Shown: positions 24,961-37,734, numbered from the stretch's first letter. The stretch is DNA of 64,000 nucleotides from Octopus bimaculoides (GCF_001194135.2 NC_068983.1:61008610-61072609); one strand, 5' to 3'. The notes: generated from the letters alone by a model not told the origin. Numbers and translations: made by a program.

Positions 24961-24996
24961 TTAAACTTCCCTCGGAAGAAAATCTCAAAAAGGGAG

Positions 24997-25299
24997 ATGT
25001 GATGAAAGAAAAATAAATAAATAAAAATAATAATATTGACTTCCGTTAAGTGATGTACTTTGTCTAAATAACAATAAACTGCCAAAGGACGTTGAAAAAA
25101 ATCTTTCAAACATAAAAACCTAGAAGTGGAAATAGCGTAAATGGACACAAGAACAGGTGCAGTAAAATAGAGTACGTGTGCCTTTCACAGGATAAAAATA
25201 GTGGAATTGTGATACTGATATTAATAATAATTTCTTTGTTAACCACAAGGACAGCACAAATACATACTAATAACAGGAGTTGCTTTTATCCACTTCACA
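24997..25299 (+). mobile_element. Probable 3' LTR
   Basis: Purine tract AAAAGGGAGA before TGTGATG; candidate end CTTCACA (6/7 inverted match). Confidence 0.55.
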
Positions 25300-25734
25300 C
25301 CAGTGTTTTAAATGCTATCCGTGTTATTGACATTTAATTTTTTATAAACAGGCAACATTAATAACCAGCATTGTTGTGAAATTTTCAAGTTTGCCCAATT
25401 TTAAAATTAATTATAAACCTGAAGCAAATAACTTTTCAAATTAATGTTGACATTTTAGCTCCTTTTAGAAATGATTTCTAAATTACATTAGCGTTCTTGT
25501 CACGTTTAAATTTACTCGGGTATTTAAAAAAAAGTTTCTACTCATTGTCATATGTTATATTGCTCCTCTAACTTCTTCTGACAAGATATTCGGTAAGTTG
25601 AGACGATTGACATTTTTTATTTGCAATATCTCTTTCATATACTAGCATTAAAAAAAACTCACTCTTTTCACGATCCCCTAACTACAGTTTGAATGGGCTT
25701 GGAAGGTAGTTAACGGACATTATTACCAAGAATA

Positions 25735-26850
25735 TGCTACAATCTGTTTTATTGTAAAAATTCTGTTACATCCTCATATCCTGCTGTACTGTAAAGAATC
25801 CGTCACACTCTGACTCGAAACAGTTCATAACACTTTAACAAGTAAATTGTCTGTGACATTCTACTGTACTGAAACAGGTCTGTTGCATTCAGTACACTAA
25901 GTCCGTTATGTTTTATAGTACGGAATCTGTTGCACTGAAATGTGCAGCCCATCAAACACTGCTGCTAAAAGTGTCAGTTAAATTCAACTGTTATAAGATC
26001 TGTTACTCATTACTGTAAAAACCGTCACACTCCATTCTACGCATTTCGTCACTCTGCATTGTAAATAACTCGATCATGAACAGTCTATATCGGCTGTTAT
26101 ACTTGGAATCCGTCACACTAAACTGTACAGTGCTTGTTACATTGTACAGTAAAGTGTTCGTTAGACTCTACTACACTCTTATGTATACAAACAGCAACTT
26201 TTTAAATCATATAATCCCTTCATTGAGCAAATTCCAAACAGTTTACACGATGCCTATCAAACATTAACATAAAGTAGCTGCTTTATTCTTTTGAACGGGG
26301 TTTGTCACAATGTATCTTACAGTACAGGATGTCCTCTAATCTTCGATTACCGTCATAGACCATTATTCAAAATCTGTCACCTCTTTTGTATAGGGTTCGC
26401 TATAAACCACTGTACTAAGAATTGTCTACGAACTCTGTACAGTAGAAGTTGATTGCCCATCGAAGTATGTGATAGATTCTATGCAATGAAGTATGACGGA
26501 CGCCGTACAGGAGCGTGTGGCCAATATTGTACTGTAGACTATGACAGACACGCTTCATCACTTCGTTCTGTCAGAATACTGTGCAGCCTCAATACACGCT
26601 ACAGTACTATTTATCAAATAGTTTGTCACACACTATAGTATGGAATACACTTTACTGTACAGAATCTGTTACACCCCAATCCACGAGGTTTGTTACAAAA
26701 TACTGGACATAGACAATGCGATTCACTACACGAAATCGTCACATTCATATGTGCAGTTTGTCACACTTCTCTATAATATTAGTCACACTATACTGTACGT
26801 ACACGATCTGTCATTCGTTATGGCATGTGTTCATTTGCTCTCTACTCTAT
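25735..26850. repeat. Highly degenerate tandem repeat
   Basis: Recurrent motif like GAATCYGTCACACTCTACTGTACA, seen about ten times or more. Confidence 0.5.
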
Positions 26851-26959
26851 GGTATCTATTTTAATAAGAAATAACAACAGTTCGTAAATAACCATTAATT
26901 ATGATGAAGGCAAAACATTGACAGTATTTATTTCTTTATTGCCAACAGAGGGATAAATT

Positions 26960-27125
26960 TAGAGGAGACAAACAAGGTCAGACAAATGAATTAAATCGAT
27001 AACATCGACACCAGTGCGTAACTGGTACTTATTTAATCGACCCCGAAAGGATGAAAAGCAAAGTCAACTTCGGCAGAATTTGAACTCAGAACGTAACAGC
27101 AAACGAAATACCGCTAGCCACTTCA
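26960..27125 (-). mobile_element. Short-family SINE
   Basis: Near match to the reverse complement of 63612-63827. Confidence 0.85.
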
Positions 27126-27466
27126 CCCAGCCTAATCTATATTACTCTTACATTAACGTACCACGCGACAATGAATACAAGAACCACCAGATAACTCTTT
27201 CTTGTGTTACCCTATTTCTTATCTTCTACAAAAAGGTGTTTTTACTATAAACCAACCCCTCCTGATATAAGATATTGATTTTTTTTGTTGAGACATAAGA
27301 TTGTACATTTATTGAGTGGGATTACAGTGATTATAAATATTTTACTTGTTTCACTCACTTAACTTGCAGCCATGCTGGGGCACCGTATTGAAGTGTTTAG
27401 TCTGTCAAATCAACCCCAGAACTTATATATATATTATTTGGAAGTTAAAAGTTATTGCCAGCAATA

Positions 27467-27526
27467 GAGTGACCATTAGTTTCGCATCTACATAACCTTT
27501 AACAGTATAGGTGACTCGTCAAACTC
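27467..27526 (-). ncRNA. Degenerate type I hammerhead downstream of a PLE
   Basis: GAGT-TTGACGA-G(t)CACCTATA..TGTAGATGC-GAAAC[taatg]GTC-ACTC; stem I GAGT/ACTC, core C3 replaced by T. Confidence 0.5.
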
Positions 27527-27699
27527 AAATGGCTGAAGGTGTAAAGCTTGTCTACAACTGGAGGAAGAAATACGTAACGGTCAGTTGGTTTTTAAGCAAA
27601 AAATAATTGTCCGTACTGCGGGTGGAATGGGGTTATCTGTCTTGCACCGGCTCCGGCCATGCTGATATTCGAAGGAGTGGTGGCGGGACTATTCAACGA

Positions 27700-29110
27700 A
27701 TGGGGCATTCTAAGTCTGAAGTAGGAACAGTTTTAGATGCGGGCATTGATTGAATATTTCTTTCCTGGAGTTTAAAAAGGTCGAGCGAGTTTTTGTTTAG
27801 GATTCATGCCCTCTCTGCCAAGCAAAGCTTACACTTTTTGCTCCCGTTCATATAAGCCCCCGGTTGTTCAAGGAGTTTCCATTTAATTATGTATGAGCTT
27901 CCTTCGTCTTTCAAACCCCATACCTGGTTGGCCAGGGACGTGATGTTGCGCCTTTCCGGTATCCTAAAACAGGACTTGTGGTTGTTCAGATGTTACTTAA
28001 GCAGGGGAGCAGTTGAACCGACATATTTTCGTGTCTGTGTATAAGATGTGCTGCCACCACCGATGTTTTTTTTTGTTTTGTTTTTTCGTTAACTCCGGCT
28101 CGGATGTGACAGTTGTTGCTGGAGTTGCTGCCGATGCTGATATTCCTGGTCATAATTCTGGTGGTTCTGTAGCTGCTGGCTTAGCAACTATTTCCGGCCT
28201 CAAAATTGATTCTGCTGCTACCGTCGTAATTGTTGGTATAGTTGTCTTTGTTGCTTGAAGCGCTGCTGTCGCCACCGCCGTCGCCATCTCTGTCACCGCT
28301 ACCATTGTTGTCGTTGTTGCTGTTGATGGCGGATGCATCGTTGCTGCTTAGGCAATAACTCTGGTCACCAACGTAGCTGCTGTTATTGTTGTCGTTGTTG
28401 TTGTCGACCGATATACCGTTGATGCTTAGGCTGTTACTCTGGCTGCCAGTGGCGGCTACCACTTCAGCCTCATGCACAATCCCCTTGGTTTCGTATCGAC
28501 CCCATCCCTCTCTCCACCACAACCACTGGGAAGTCATTGTATACCCTACGTGAGCATTCTGCCTCTGCTCACGGCTTAGGGATGCTCATTAAAATTTTCC
28601 TAATGTTTGGTGCACAACTGAAGGATACTCTTAAGTTGTGCTTATTAAACAAACATTTGTATCTGTGTGACTATGTGGAAAGTTTGTCCATCACTCTTAG
28701 GAAAAATCTTCCCGTGCAAATCTTGACGTTAAGTGAGAAGGGTGGAGCAAACCAAACAACTTGACGGTGGTGCTTCTTTTGAGTGGGGTAGTGCCTGGCA
28801 TATAGGAGTTGTGGTCCTTAAACCAACTGGACGCCAGAACCTCGTTGTAATAAGGGGCCGCACCATTGAAAATTTCTTCACTTGAGGGCAGGTTCGGCAA
28901 TCTCTTGCTAACAAATTTCACTAGGTTCCTGAACACGATAGGCGGGTGGAAGGAGGCTGAGTTAATGTTGGACAGCCTCTCTTTTAATTTGTGGTAAGGT
29001 CTGTAAAAACAGGAACTCAGCTCTAACATAACGTCTAAAAAGTTTACAATGGTGAGGTTGATCTCGATTGTTATCTTGATCCACATGGAGCTAAGGGTGC
29101 TAATTAGATC
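27700..29110 (-). mobile_element. Penelope-like element relic (RT thumb plus GIY-YIG)
   Basis: VNFLDV..YRPY..SFHPP..SSEEIF..YYNEVL, WF.PPFSLNV, NHKSCF..SLANQVWGLKD..IKWKLL..CKLCLAE. Confidence 0.8.
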
Positions 29111-29229
29111 CTTCCTAAGCCTATCGAGAGTATGCCCGTTCGCTCCTCTAGTGATGGCCCGAGCGTCATTTCTGTAGAGACCAAAGAGAACGGATGGGAG
29201 CCTCTGACATCCAGTGGGTTTAAGGAACG

Positions 29230-29460
29230 CATCTCCTATATACCGGGCCCTGGCACCTGCAAAAGGAAGAGCCACCGTAATGTCGTTTGGTTTTCCCCAC
29301 CCTTCTCACTCAATGTTAAAACATGCATGGAAAAAATATTCTTTAGATTGATGGACAAACACTTTACACGGTCACATAGATACGGACATTTATTTAATAG
29401 GCACAACTTAAGATTATCCTTCAACTGCGCTCCCAAAATTTTACTGTTGTTGTCCGTGAA
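29230..29460 (+). mobile_element. Inverted, diverged copy of the PLE segment at 28570-28820
   Basis: HRNVVWFSPPFSLNVKT..LMDKHF..LFNRHNLRLSFNCAP. Confidence 0.75.
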
Positions 29461-29716
29461 ATTTTTCAGTATCATTGGTGGTTAAGTTGAAGGTTTTAAC
29501 TGCACTTTCTAGCAGGTAGGTGCCTCGTATGCCCTTATGATAAATATAAATTTTAGTTCTATAGCTATCTAACGCTATTTAATGCCTGCAGCCACCTATA
29601 TTATTATTGCTATTATTATCAATTCTCTATATTTTCCACAAATGGTAATAACAATAATAATATCCATATAGATATTCAATTTTGAATATTTACTCCTTAC
29701 TATATATGTATCGTAT

Positions 29717-29953
29717 GTGATTAAGAAGCCCACCTTGCAACTATGTGGTTTTGGGTTCAGTTCCACTGCGTGGAACCACGAGCAAGTATATTCTCCTATA
29801 GCCCCGGCCCGACCAATGCATTATCAATTAATTTGGTAGACGAAAACTGATTGTATACTCGACAAGCTTCCACACAGTTTCCGTCTACCAAGATGCTGTG
29901 CAGTGGAACCGATCTCAACACCACGTAGTTGCAAAGTAAGCTTCTTAACCACA
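29717..29953. mobile_element. Two SINE 5' halves in fold-back arrangement
   Basis: TGGTAGACGAAAACTG versus CAGTTTCCGTCTACCA; heads at both outer ends. Confidence 0.65.
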
Positions 29954-30454
29954 TAAAAAATATAGAGATTTATTCAGTCGTCCTCGGCATCTTACTAGTT
30001 CTTATTTAATCGAAAAAAATGGCTGGTGAAAGCAGAATGAAACGAAAGTGACTAAATACAGCGTAGAAATTTTCTGCTCCCCTAACAATCTGAAATTAAT
30101 TGCGTAGGAAGCGATTGATAACTATTATTACTAATAATGTAGCACAAACGAATCGAAATACCCCAATTTGGCAGTACAATGACGATAATAATAATAATGA
30201 TTGCTAACATAGGCACATTATCCCAATTCTTGTAGGGGGAAATGTTTTATTCAATTACATCGACTCTAATACATGAACAGTACATAAATTATTGACCTCA
30301 GAAATACCGGAGTATTTATTCACGAATAGAGTGAATAAAGGACCTTTGGGGAAGGTCTTTCGGAGACTACTAAGATACCGTCTCACCATTTCTTCAGGAA
30401 CAAGATCATTAGCTTATCCTACTTTTTCTCCGCCTAACATAGAGTACGTTGCTT

Positions 30455-30674
30455 CTTACTCTTTTACTTGTTTTAGTCATTTGACTGCGGCCATGCTGGA
30501 GCACCGCCTTTAGTCGAGCAAATCGACCACAGGACTTATTCTTTGTAAGCCTAGTACTTATTCTACCGGTCTCTTTTGCCGAACCGCTAAGTTACGGGGA
30601 CGTAAGCACACCAGCATCGGTTGTCAAGCGATGTTGGGGGGACAAACACAGACACACAAACATATACACACACA

Positions 30675-30706
<32 letters not shown>

Positions 30707-30870
30707 CGACAGGCTTCTTTCAGTTTCCGTCTACCAAATCTACTCACAAGGCTTTGGTCGGCCCGAGGCTATAGTAGAAGACATTTGCCCAAGGTGCCAC
30801 GCAGTGGGAAAGAACCCGGAACGATGTGGTTGGTAAGCAAGCTACTTACCACACAGCCACTCCTACGCCT
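30455..30870 (-). mobile_element. Full-length long-family tRNA-derived SINE with internal (TA)n
   Basis: Minus strand AGGCGTAGGAGTGGCTGTGTGGTAAG..CCTTGGGCAAATGTCTTCTACTATAGCC..(TA)n..GCGGTGCTCCAGCATGGCCGCAGTC. Confidence 0.9.
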
Positions 30871-31625
30871 GGAAACAAAAGTATTTGATAAACGATCATA
30901 AGTTACTCTGTACACTTGTAGCAGACATCAAAAAAATCATGACCTCCAAGACACATAAACTGTCGTTTCTTGTAGGTTTTACTGCTTGATGTACGCCTCG
31001 TTCGGTGATCCCTTTTCTTGACAATGTTTGTTTCGAGAAAATCTGGGTCTAGAGATAATAGCAATCATCCTAGACTCAAATGGTCGGCCGATGGTCCCGA
31101 AAGAGGACAATAATAAAAATGGTATCTGCACATTCTTGGCCTGATCTGACTCGACTTGAATTGAGAGATCAGGCTTCCCGACACAAAACGAAATGTCTAG
31201 AAGCATTCTTAGTATGATCCATTGAATAGACTTAGTGAAAGACTAGAATGGTACCCTAGATTCATATTAGGATTGGTTGAAAGTAAAGAAAAGAAGAAAA
31301 CTTTGCAAACCTGATTAGGTAGCGCCAACTTACTGATTGGTGCCATCTGGATGTTATGAATGTGTCAATGTGGTTTTAGACAAACTGCATCAGTTGTTCA
31401 GTTTGTAACAAGATAGAGGTCTTGTTATATAAGCAGGTAGAGATAGCTCTAGAATTTCGGAGTAGTTGGTTACACAGATAACAAGCTTATTATTTGCACG
31501 GTTAACTTAGATAAAATACATAGACAGTATCGCAATTACTGTAAGCTGAAAGTACCGTTCCCTGTACAGAGTGTTTATAGATTCCTGATTAATGGTCAGG
31601 AAGGAGTTGACGGGCGGGGAGGAAT

Positions 31626-32018
31626 TATTGTTATTGTTGGCACTCCGTCGCTTACGACGTCTAGGGTTCCAGTTGATCCGATCAACGGAACAGCCTGCTC
31701 GTGGAATTAACGTGCAAGTGGCTGAGCACTCCACAGACACGTGTACCCTTAACGTAATTCTCGGGGATATTCAGCGTGACACAGTGTGACAAGGCTGGCC
31801 CTTTGAAATACAGGTACAACAGAAACAGGAAGAAAGAGTGAGAGAAAGTTGTGATGAAAGAGTACAGCAGAGTTCGCCACCATCCCCTGCTGGAGTCTCG
31901 TGGAGCTTTAGGTGTTTTCGCTCAATAAACACTCACAACGCCCTGTCTGTGAATCGAAACCGCGATCCTATGACCGCGAGTCCGCTGTCCTAACCATTAG
32001 GCCATTGCGCCTTCACTA
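31626..32018 (-). mobile_element. Full-length tRNA-derived SINE with 13-bp TSD
   Basis: A-box TGGCCTAATGG, B-box-like GGTTTCGATTC, (AAC/AAT) tail; GGCGGGGAGGAAT at 31613-31625 and 32019-32031. Confidence 0.9.
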
Positions 32019-32399
32019 GGCGGGGAGGAATAACCATCAATTAAAGAGAATGATTACAGTCGGTAACATTCGGCAGGGATGCAACGATAGAAAATAACAG
32101 ATTGGAGGATAGGTTAGAAGGCAATTTGGAAGAGATTGTTAATAAAGCATTGCAATTCAAAATAGTAACGGCAAAAATTGTTGCTCGGATATTCCTTTAA
32201 TGCAAAAAACAAATGTTGCGTTGTCTGGACATGCTCTTTAGTTACTATAAAGCGAAATCTGTTTGATGTGCTAGATGGGACGGGGAGTGACGTAGTAACA
32301 AATTTAGGCTATGATTGGCCTACGCATGCTGTCTTAATCCAATCGGTTCTGTAATTTCTCTGCGAACTTTAACTGTTCAGGAGTGATTGTGAGCTACAG

Positions 32400-33540
32400 A
32401 TGAAATTCATTACCTACTTCGCTGCTTGTCACGAGGAGCTGTTAACGTCTGTTGTGATGTATGAAGCACTGAGTGGCTGTACGAAGACAAATCGCTGGGT
32501 TTCAATAATCTTACGTGGTAGACATGTTCACTGCTGTTCACCCCGTACTGTTGTTTTAAAACTGAAATTGATAGCAAACATAGAGCACTCCAAAAGGAGT
32601 GAGTAGAGGTGAAATGGAATTGCGAATGAAGGGAGTGAAATATAATTGATAATTACACGCCTATAACTTTGTTAAATGCAGAGTTGGTAATAGATTCCGC
32701 TGAAGTATCCGACTGAACTTCAGGCCGTCAGAAGAATCAGTTGAAGTAGGTTAGCAGATGCGTGCAGTTCTGGAAAGGGGGAAGTGGTCCCATGATGTCA
32801 ATATGCACATGTTGGAATTATGCGTCAGGTGTGGCAAAAGTATCAAGTGGTGACTTAACATGGTGGTGTATTTTATCTTTTTGACATGCGATGCAGCTCC
32901 TGGGCCATTTGCAGGTATCCTCGTTGATACCAGCCCATACAAAACAGGTCGACATAAGCTATTATGTGGAGCGGATACCAGGAAGCGATAAATAGTGCAA
33001 AGCGGGGGGAAAATACCTGACATCAATGCTTCTGTGGTACATGCGGGCGTTCATGACAGATACAATTGTTACTCTAAAGAGAAAGAAGAGGAACCAGCTG
33101 GAATAAAGAATTCCAGAACTCTACAAATTCCTCGTTGTTTTCCTGATCAGCTGCGATCGGTCGAAGCTCGATAGCAGCAATGGTGTGTAATGCGTTCAGT
33201 TGTATGCGAGAAAGTACTTCGGCCACTGCGTTGGCTCAGCTCTGGATATGACATATGTCCGTCGTCTACTGGAGTATAAATTCGAAGTGATGAACTTCTC
33301 TGGTTGAATAACGATCGGGCATCGTGTTGAAAACGTGGTCTGTGATCCGTATAGTTAATGAAAACAGAACCTTCTCGCATGAATCGAAAATGCTTGAGAG
33401 TTAAATATGCTGCCAATAATTCCTGTCCAAAAGTGATGTATTTAGATTGCAGTCGCTTAGAGAAGAAAGACAACGGCTACCAGATAGCATTAACTAACTG
33501 CTATAGCACACATCTGACTCCAGGCCAGTAGGATGCGTGT
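32400..33540 (-). pseudogene. Heavily deleted Gypsy (Mag-like) pol relic
   Basis: FFSKRL..YITFGQELLAAY..KHFRF..YTDHRP (RNase H); HIDIMGPLPLS and WPEV (integrase). Confidence 0.7.
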
Positions 33541-33657
33541 CGAATCATGTCGGGCTCATTAGATATAACACGTAAGATGTAACAAGTGGAGATGTGACGA
33601 GTTTCTGGGTGTAGTTAAACGAATTGACGATAGTTAGTCTATACTTATTACAGATTT

Positions 33658-34585
33658 GGCATAACTACAGGGTTTTACCCACCAGACTTTGGGAGGTCAT
33701 AACTTTCAGAAAAATGAATATTTTTTAATGAAATTTTCTATGCATATAGTATTTACTATGTAGAATCCGAATATACAATCTGATTGAATCTGATTTGTTT
33801 GTAATAACATAAGTTTAGTCACTGTTTCAGTACGTGTTTGTGTTCTTCATTGATCTTATGTGAAAACAAAACCGACGTATACGACAACTATGTAAAATAT
33901 ATTTGTGTACTTTTTCTGTTTATTCTTAATCTTCGTGTTTTTGCAAGATTGAAAAAAAAAAAGTTTCGGAAAGCTAACATTTTAAAATTCTTCGGGAAGC
34001 GACACTGTGATAATTTCTATATTTAACCGTGCGTGTATATTCCTATTTTTGCTCCTGTTCTCTTCTACTTCTCTACTAGAAACGTTTACTTTGGAATTTA
34101 CTTCTATTGAGAAAAAAAAATCGTGTGCATGTTATTTTTAACGAAAGTTTTGTTATGACGGCTTCTCGTCACTGTCTAGAAATCTACGGATGCACATACG
34201 CACATAATAGAGAAAAATGAAACAAATATGGACGACTTGCTCCGAAACACCACCGAGTGGGGAACGCTTCTCAAAAATAACCTGCAGTTGTTTCCTTCAA
34301 AATTCCTACATGCTCGAAATGTACATACATCAAGGTATATTTGTAGAAAATATCACGAAAAAATATTAATTTTCCTGGAAGTTAAGAAGAATTTAAGTGG
34401 ACTCTGTTGGAATTTCCGAAAATTGTCCCCCACCCCCATTCCAAAACACTTTCACCGGAAAATTTTGTATATTCGGATTCTACATAGTAAATACTATATG
34501 CATAGAAAATTTCATTAAAAATAATTCATTTTTCTGAAAGTTATGACCTCCCAAAGTCTGGTGGGTAAAACCCTGTAGTTATGCC
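33658..34585. mobile_element. Non-autonomous DNA transposon with 121-bp TIRs and 8-bp TSD
   Basis: TIRs 33658-33778 and 34465-34585 (2 mismatches), starting GGCATAAC; ACAGATTT on both flanks. Confidence 0.92.
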
Positions 34586-34763
34586 ACAGATTTTATTCAA
34601 ATGCTATGTAATTACACAACAGTGACCAATTCGAAGCAAACCCAGATATTTGTATTGTGATTGGTAGTCCATTTTCTTAGAAAATCTCTTGTCCAGTTCT
34701 TATAGGTGTCTACCACTTAGTGGAAGGAGGATGGTAATGGGTTCTCTCGAAAGAAGTTTGTCA

Positions 34764-34795
<32 letters not shown>

Positions 34796-34796
34796 G

Positions 34797-34895
<99 letters not shown>
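34764..34895. repeat. (GT)n-(GCGT)n compound microsatellite
   Basis: Direct reading. Confidence 0.95.
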
Positions 34896-35315
34896 TCAAC
34901 TAATTACTTTATCTCGTAATTACGCTCAACCAATTACTTTATCTCTTAAATGAAAGAATCTGATGTTATTTGGAATTAAAATTCGGAAAATTTGGGTTAT
35001 CTTAGGCAATTAACAGACAGCGAGGCATTAACAGCTAGTTACCATGACAACCGCAATTTGTGCTGATTCGTCACATTACGAGATTCACTTCACCTGCACA
35101 TTTTGTTTGTGTATGTCACTGTTTTTTTTTTCCTGAATAATTTATATTTATCTATTAGAATTTTATTGTAGATATTTTTCGTCAATTGTCTTAATATTTT
35201 ACATATTTTTCATATATTTTTTATTTATGTTTTACATATATTTCGTGAAGTTTTTCTGCGTTTACTTTTTCTGTTTTTACTATTGCTTCGAATAGTCGCA
35301 TCCTCATTCAAGTGA

Positions 35316-35470
35316 TTTAATTGTACCACTCTGAAGGAGATTTTGAAAACAGAGGTGGATGCAGTAAATTATTTGCAAGAAAAGGGTGCTATCCCGAAAC
35401 AAAAAGAGGTGCAGTTAATCTACGCACAGCTTGAGTAAGAAAGCGGTTCGTGGGAATTTGTACTAGCGGT
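35316..35470 (+). pseudogene. Possible Merlin/IS1595-like transposase N-terminal fragment
   Basis: FNCTTLKEILKTEVDAVNYLQEKGAIPKQK(R)C resembles my recollection of Merlin N-termini; unverified. Confidence 0.3.
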
Positions 35471-35759
35471 ACACTCACAATGGTTGCAACGAATGCCTGT
35501 CAGTTTAAACTCAGGTCAGGTCAGAATGAGCCATTATTGAAGATTTAGGACAACATTATTTGATGTGTCCTTCATTTTTAAAATGTTAGAGCATAGTGTA
35601 AGGGAGATTTGGCTGTTATTTCTAGCAAATTGAACAACCACACAGATTACCTCATTGGCTCATTTGCTGATGTGTATGAGGAAACAAAAACTAAAGGAAA
35701 TGGATCTTCATCTGTTTCTAGGATGATCGTTCCAGTTCTATGATGAACGAAACTTGTTA

Positions 35760-35880
35760 CACATTCAACTGGTATTTATTTTATCAACCCTGGAAGGATC
35801 AAAGGCAAAGTTAACCTAGGTGGAATTTGAACTCAGAATGTAAAGCATTTTGCCCAGTGTGCTAATGATTCTGCCAGCTT
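35760..35880 (-). mobile_element. Short-family SINE fragment
   Basis: CTGGTATTTATTTTATCAACCCTGGAAGGATCAAAGGCAAAG..GGAATTTGAACTCAGAA. Confidence 0.8.
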
Positions 35881-36860
35881 GTAGTCTTATGGTTACACAT
35901 TACATTAACACATAACTGGCTGAGTATACCACAGCACTACCCACAACATAATCCATAAGTAAAATCAATACAACCCAGTGTGACACGGGTTGTGAATGAA
36001 GCAAATTAGATCCCAAATGCGTTTTAAGGGCAGAATCCGAGAACAGTGTAAGCAAACAGGAAGACCAAGGTTTCGATCCCTGGTCATGATCGAAACTTGA
36101 CTAGGGATCAAGTTAAACCTAATCAGTGAAATTTGAACACAGATCGTAAAGAGATGCACCAAAACACCAGAAACATCTTATCTATTTCAAAAATACAGCA
36201 CAAAATGAAAAACTCACCGATAAAACGATAAAATCTTAATTCACTGATGCAGGGGAGGTAACACTTAAGTAGTTTCTCGTAATCTACATCAATTCTTGTA
36301 GGAGGATTCCAATGCAACAATATAAACCAAGAATACCCACCACCATCACCAAATGTCGCCTTAGATATGTCTCAAAAAAAAAAAAAAAAGATGGGATCCT
36401 CATGGTTTGAATGCCTTCAACAAGTGTTTGAACTGAACTATAGTTAGAAGTGAACTATGGTTAAACAATAAGATTAACAACACCTGTTAAAATAATTGCA
36501 GTCAACTGTTTAAAAATAGAATAACTGCCTTCGAAAATAATGAACTTATAGGAGAAGTAATCTCCCATATTCAACATTCGGCCATATGAGGGGGAAAATG
36601 GTTGGTTGCGGCAGAAAAAACAAAAATCAGTTACTAAAACTCATAAAATCGGTTTCATGGCTAGAAAAAAAAAACCAACGTCTCAATTTAGAGAGAAATT
36701 AATTTCCTACACGAAATCTTAAACTTCATTCTTTGTGACACGCAATAATTTCTATTTAGAGGACTTTTATTCAACATTGTTGATCTGAACTTCTAAAGAT
36801 TGTTCATACATACATACGTACGTACATACATACATACATACATATGAATTTGTGTGTGTG

Positions 36861-36905
<45 letters not shown>

Positions 36906-36966
36906 GCTACAAACAATATGGGTGGCTTAGCAATTTAACAACCTGAAGGCAAATTTATAGACGTCA

Positions 36967-37732
36967 CTAACGTGACAGAGGGTACTAAGTGGGATACTTT
37001 TGGTTACCCCATCTCATTAAAAAATTGGGTTATCTCTCCAACTAAAAAAATTGTTTAACCCTTAATAAAACAAACAAATGAAAAAATTAACTAACATGAA
37101 AGGCGAAAAGATTAAATGTCTTATTGAATCTGATATTTTTATAACAATTGAATAGATACCAATTCATACAAAACTGAAAAAATTAATAAATATGAAAAGT
37201 GAAAAAATTAAACATCTTATTGAATCTAATAACATTTTTATAACAAATCATACCATTCCTATTGAGAAGGTCAAAAGTCAACAACGTGTTGAAGTATTGA
37301 ATCAAAAGGATCTAACCCATTTTATTCAATCTCTTGTCAACACATTTACTCAATATTTTAGTGGGGAGATAACCCAATTTTTTAATGGCAATTTTTTAAT
37401 GGGGGTGAGATAACCAAAAGTACCCTAAGCGGTATCAGCATTGCTAGAAATAAGAGTCAAAACCACTCAATCACCACAGAAGCACTATCTCAATGACTGA
37501 CAAAGGGAGATAAGTTCCCCAGCAGCCAGCCAGATCACCGGTGATTTCGAATTTTGATGCCGAGCATTTTAATTCTAACGGTGGCTCTTACCGCGCCTAG
37601 GGATAAACTCAACTTACCTTGTCATCTTTAAAAGTAAACCGTTGAACTCATACACTGATTTAAAAATCGGTAAAAGTGAAAACTACAAATCTGTGGCGAT
37701 TGAGTTGTATCACTTAGTACCCTCTGTTGCGT

Positions 37733-37734
<2 letters not shown>
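36967..37734. mobile_element. Nested inverted-repeat elements (MITE within MITE)
   Basis: Outer arms CTAACG..ACAGAGGGTACTAAGTG (36967-36991 / 37710-37735); inner arms 36992-37047 / 37358-37425. Confidence 0.7.

Noticed and set aside
25735-26850. CRISPR-like array
   Set aside because: Repeats are degenerate with irregular spacing, in eukaryotic context with no cas genes.
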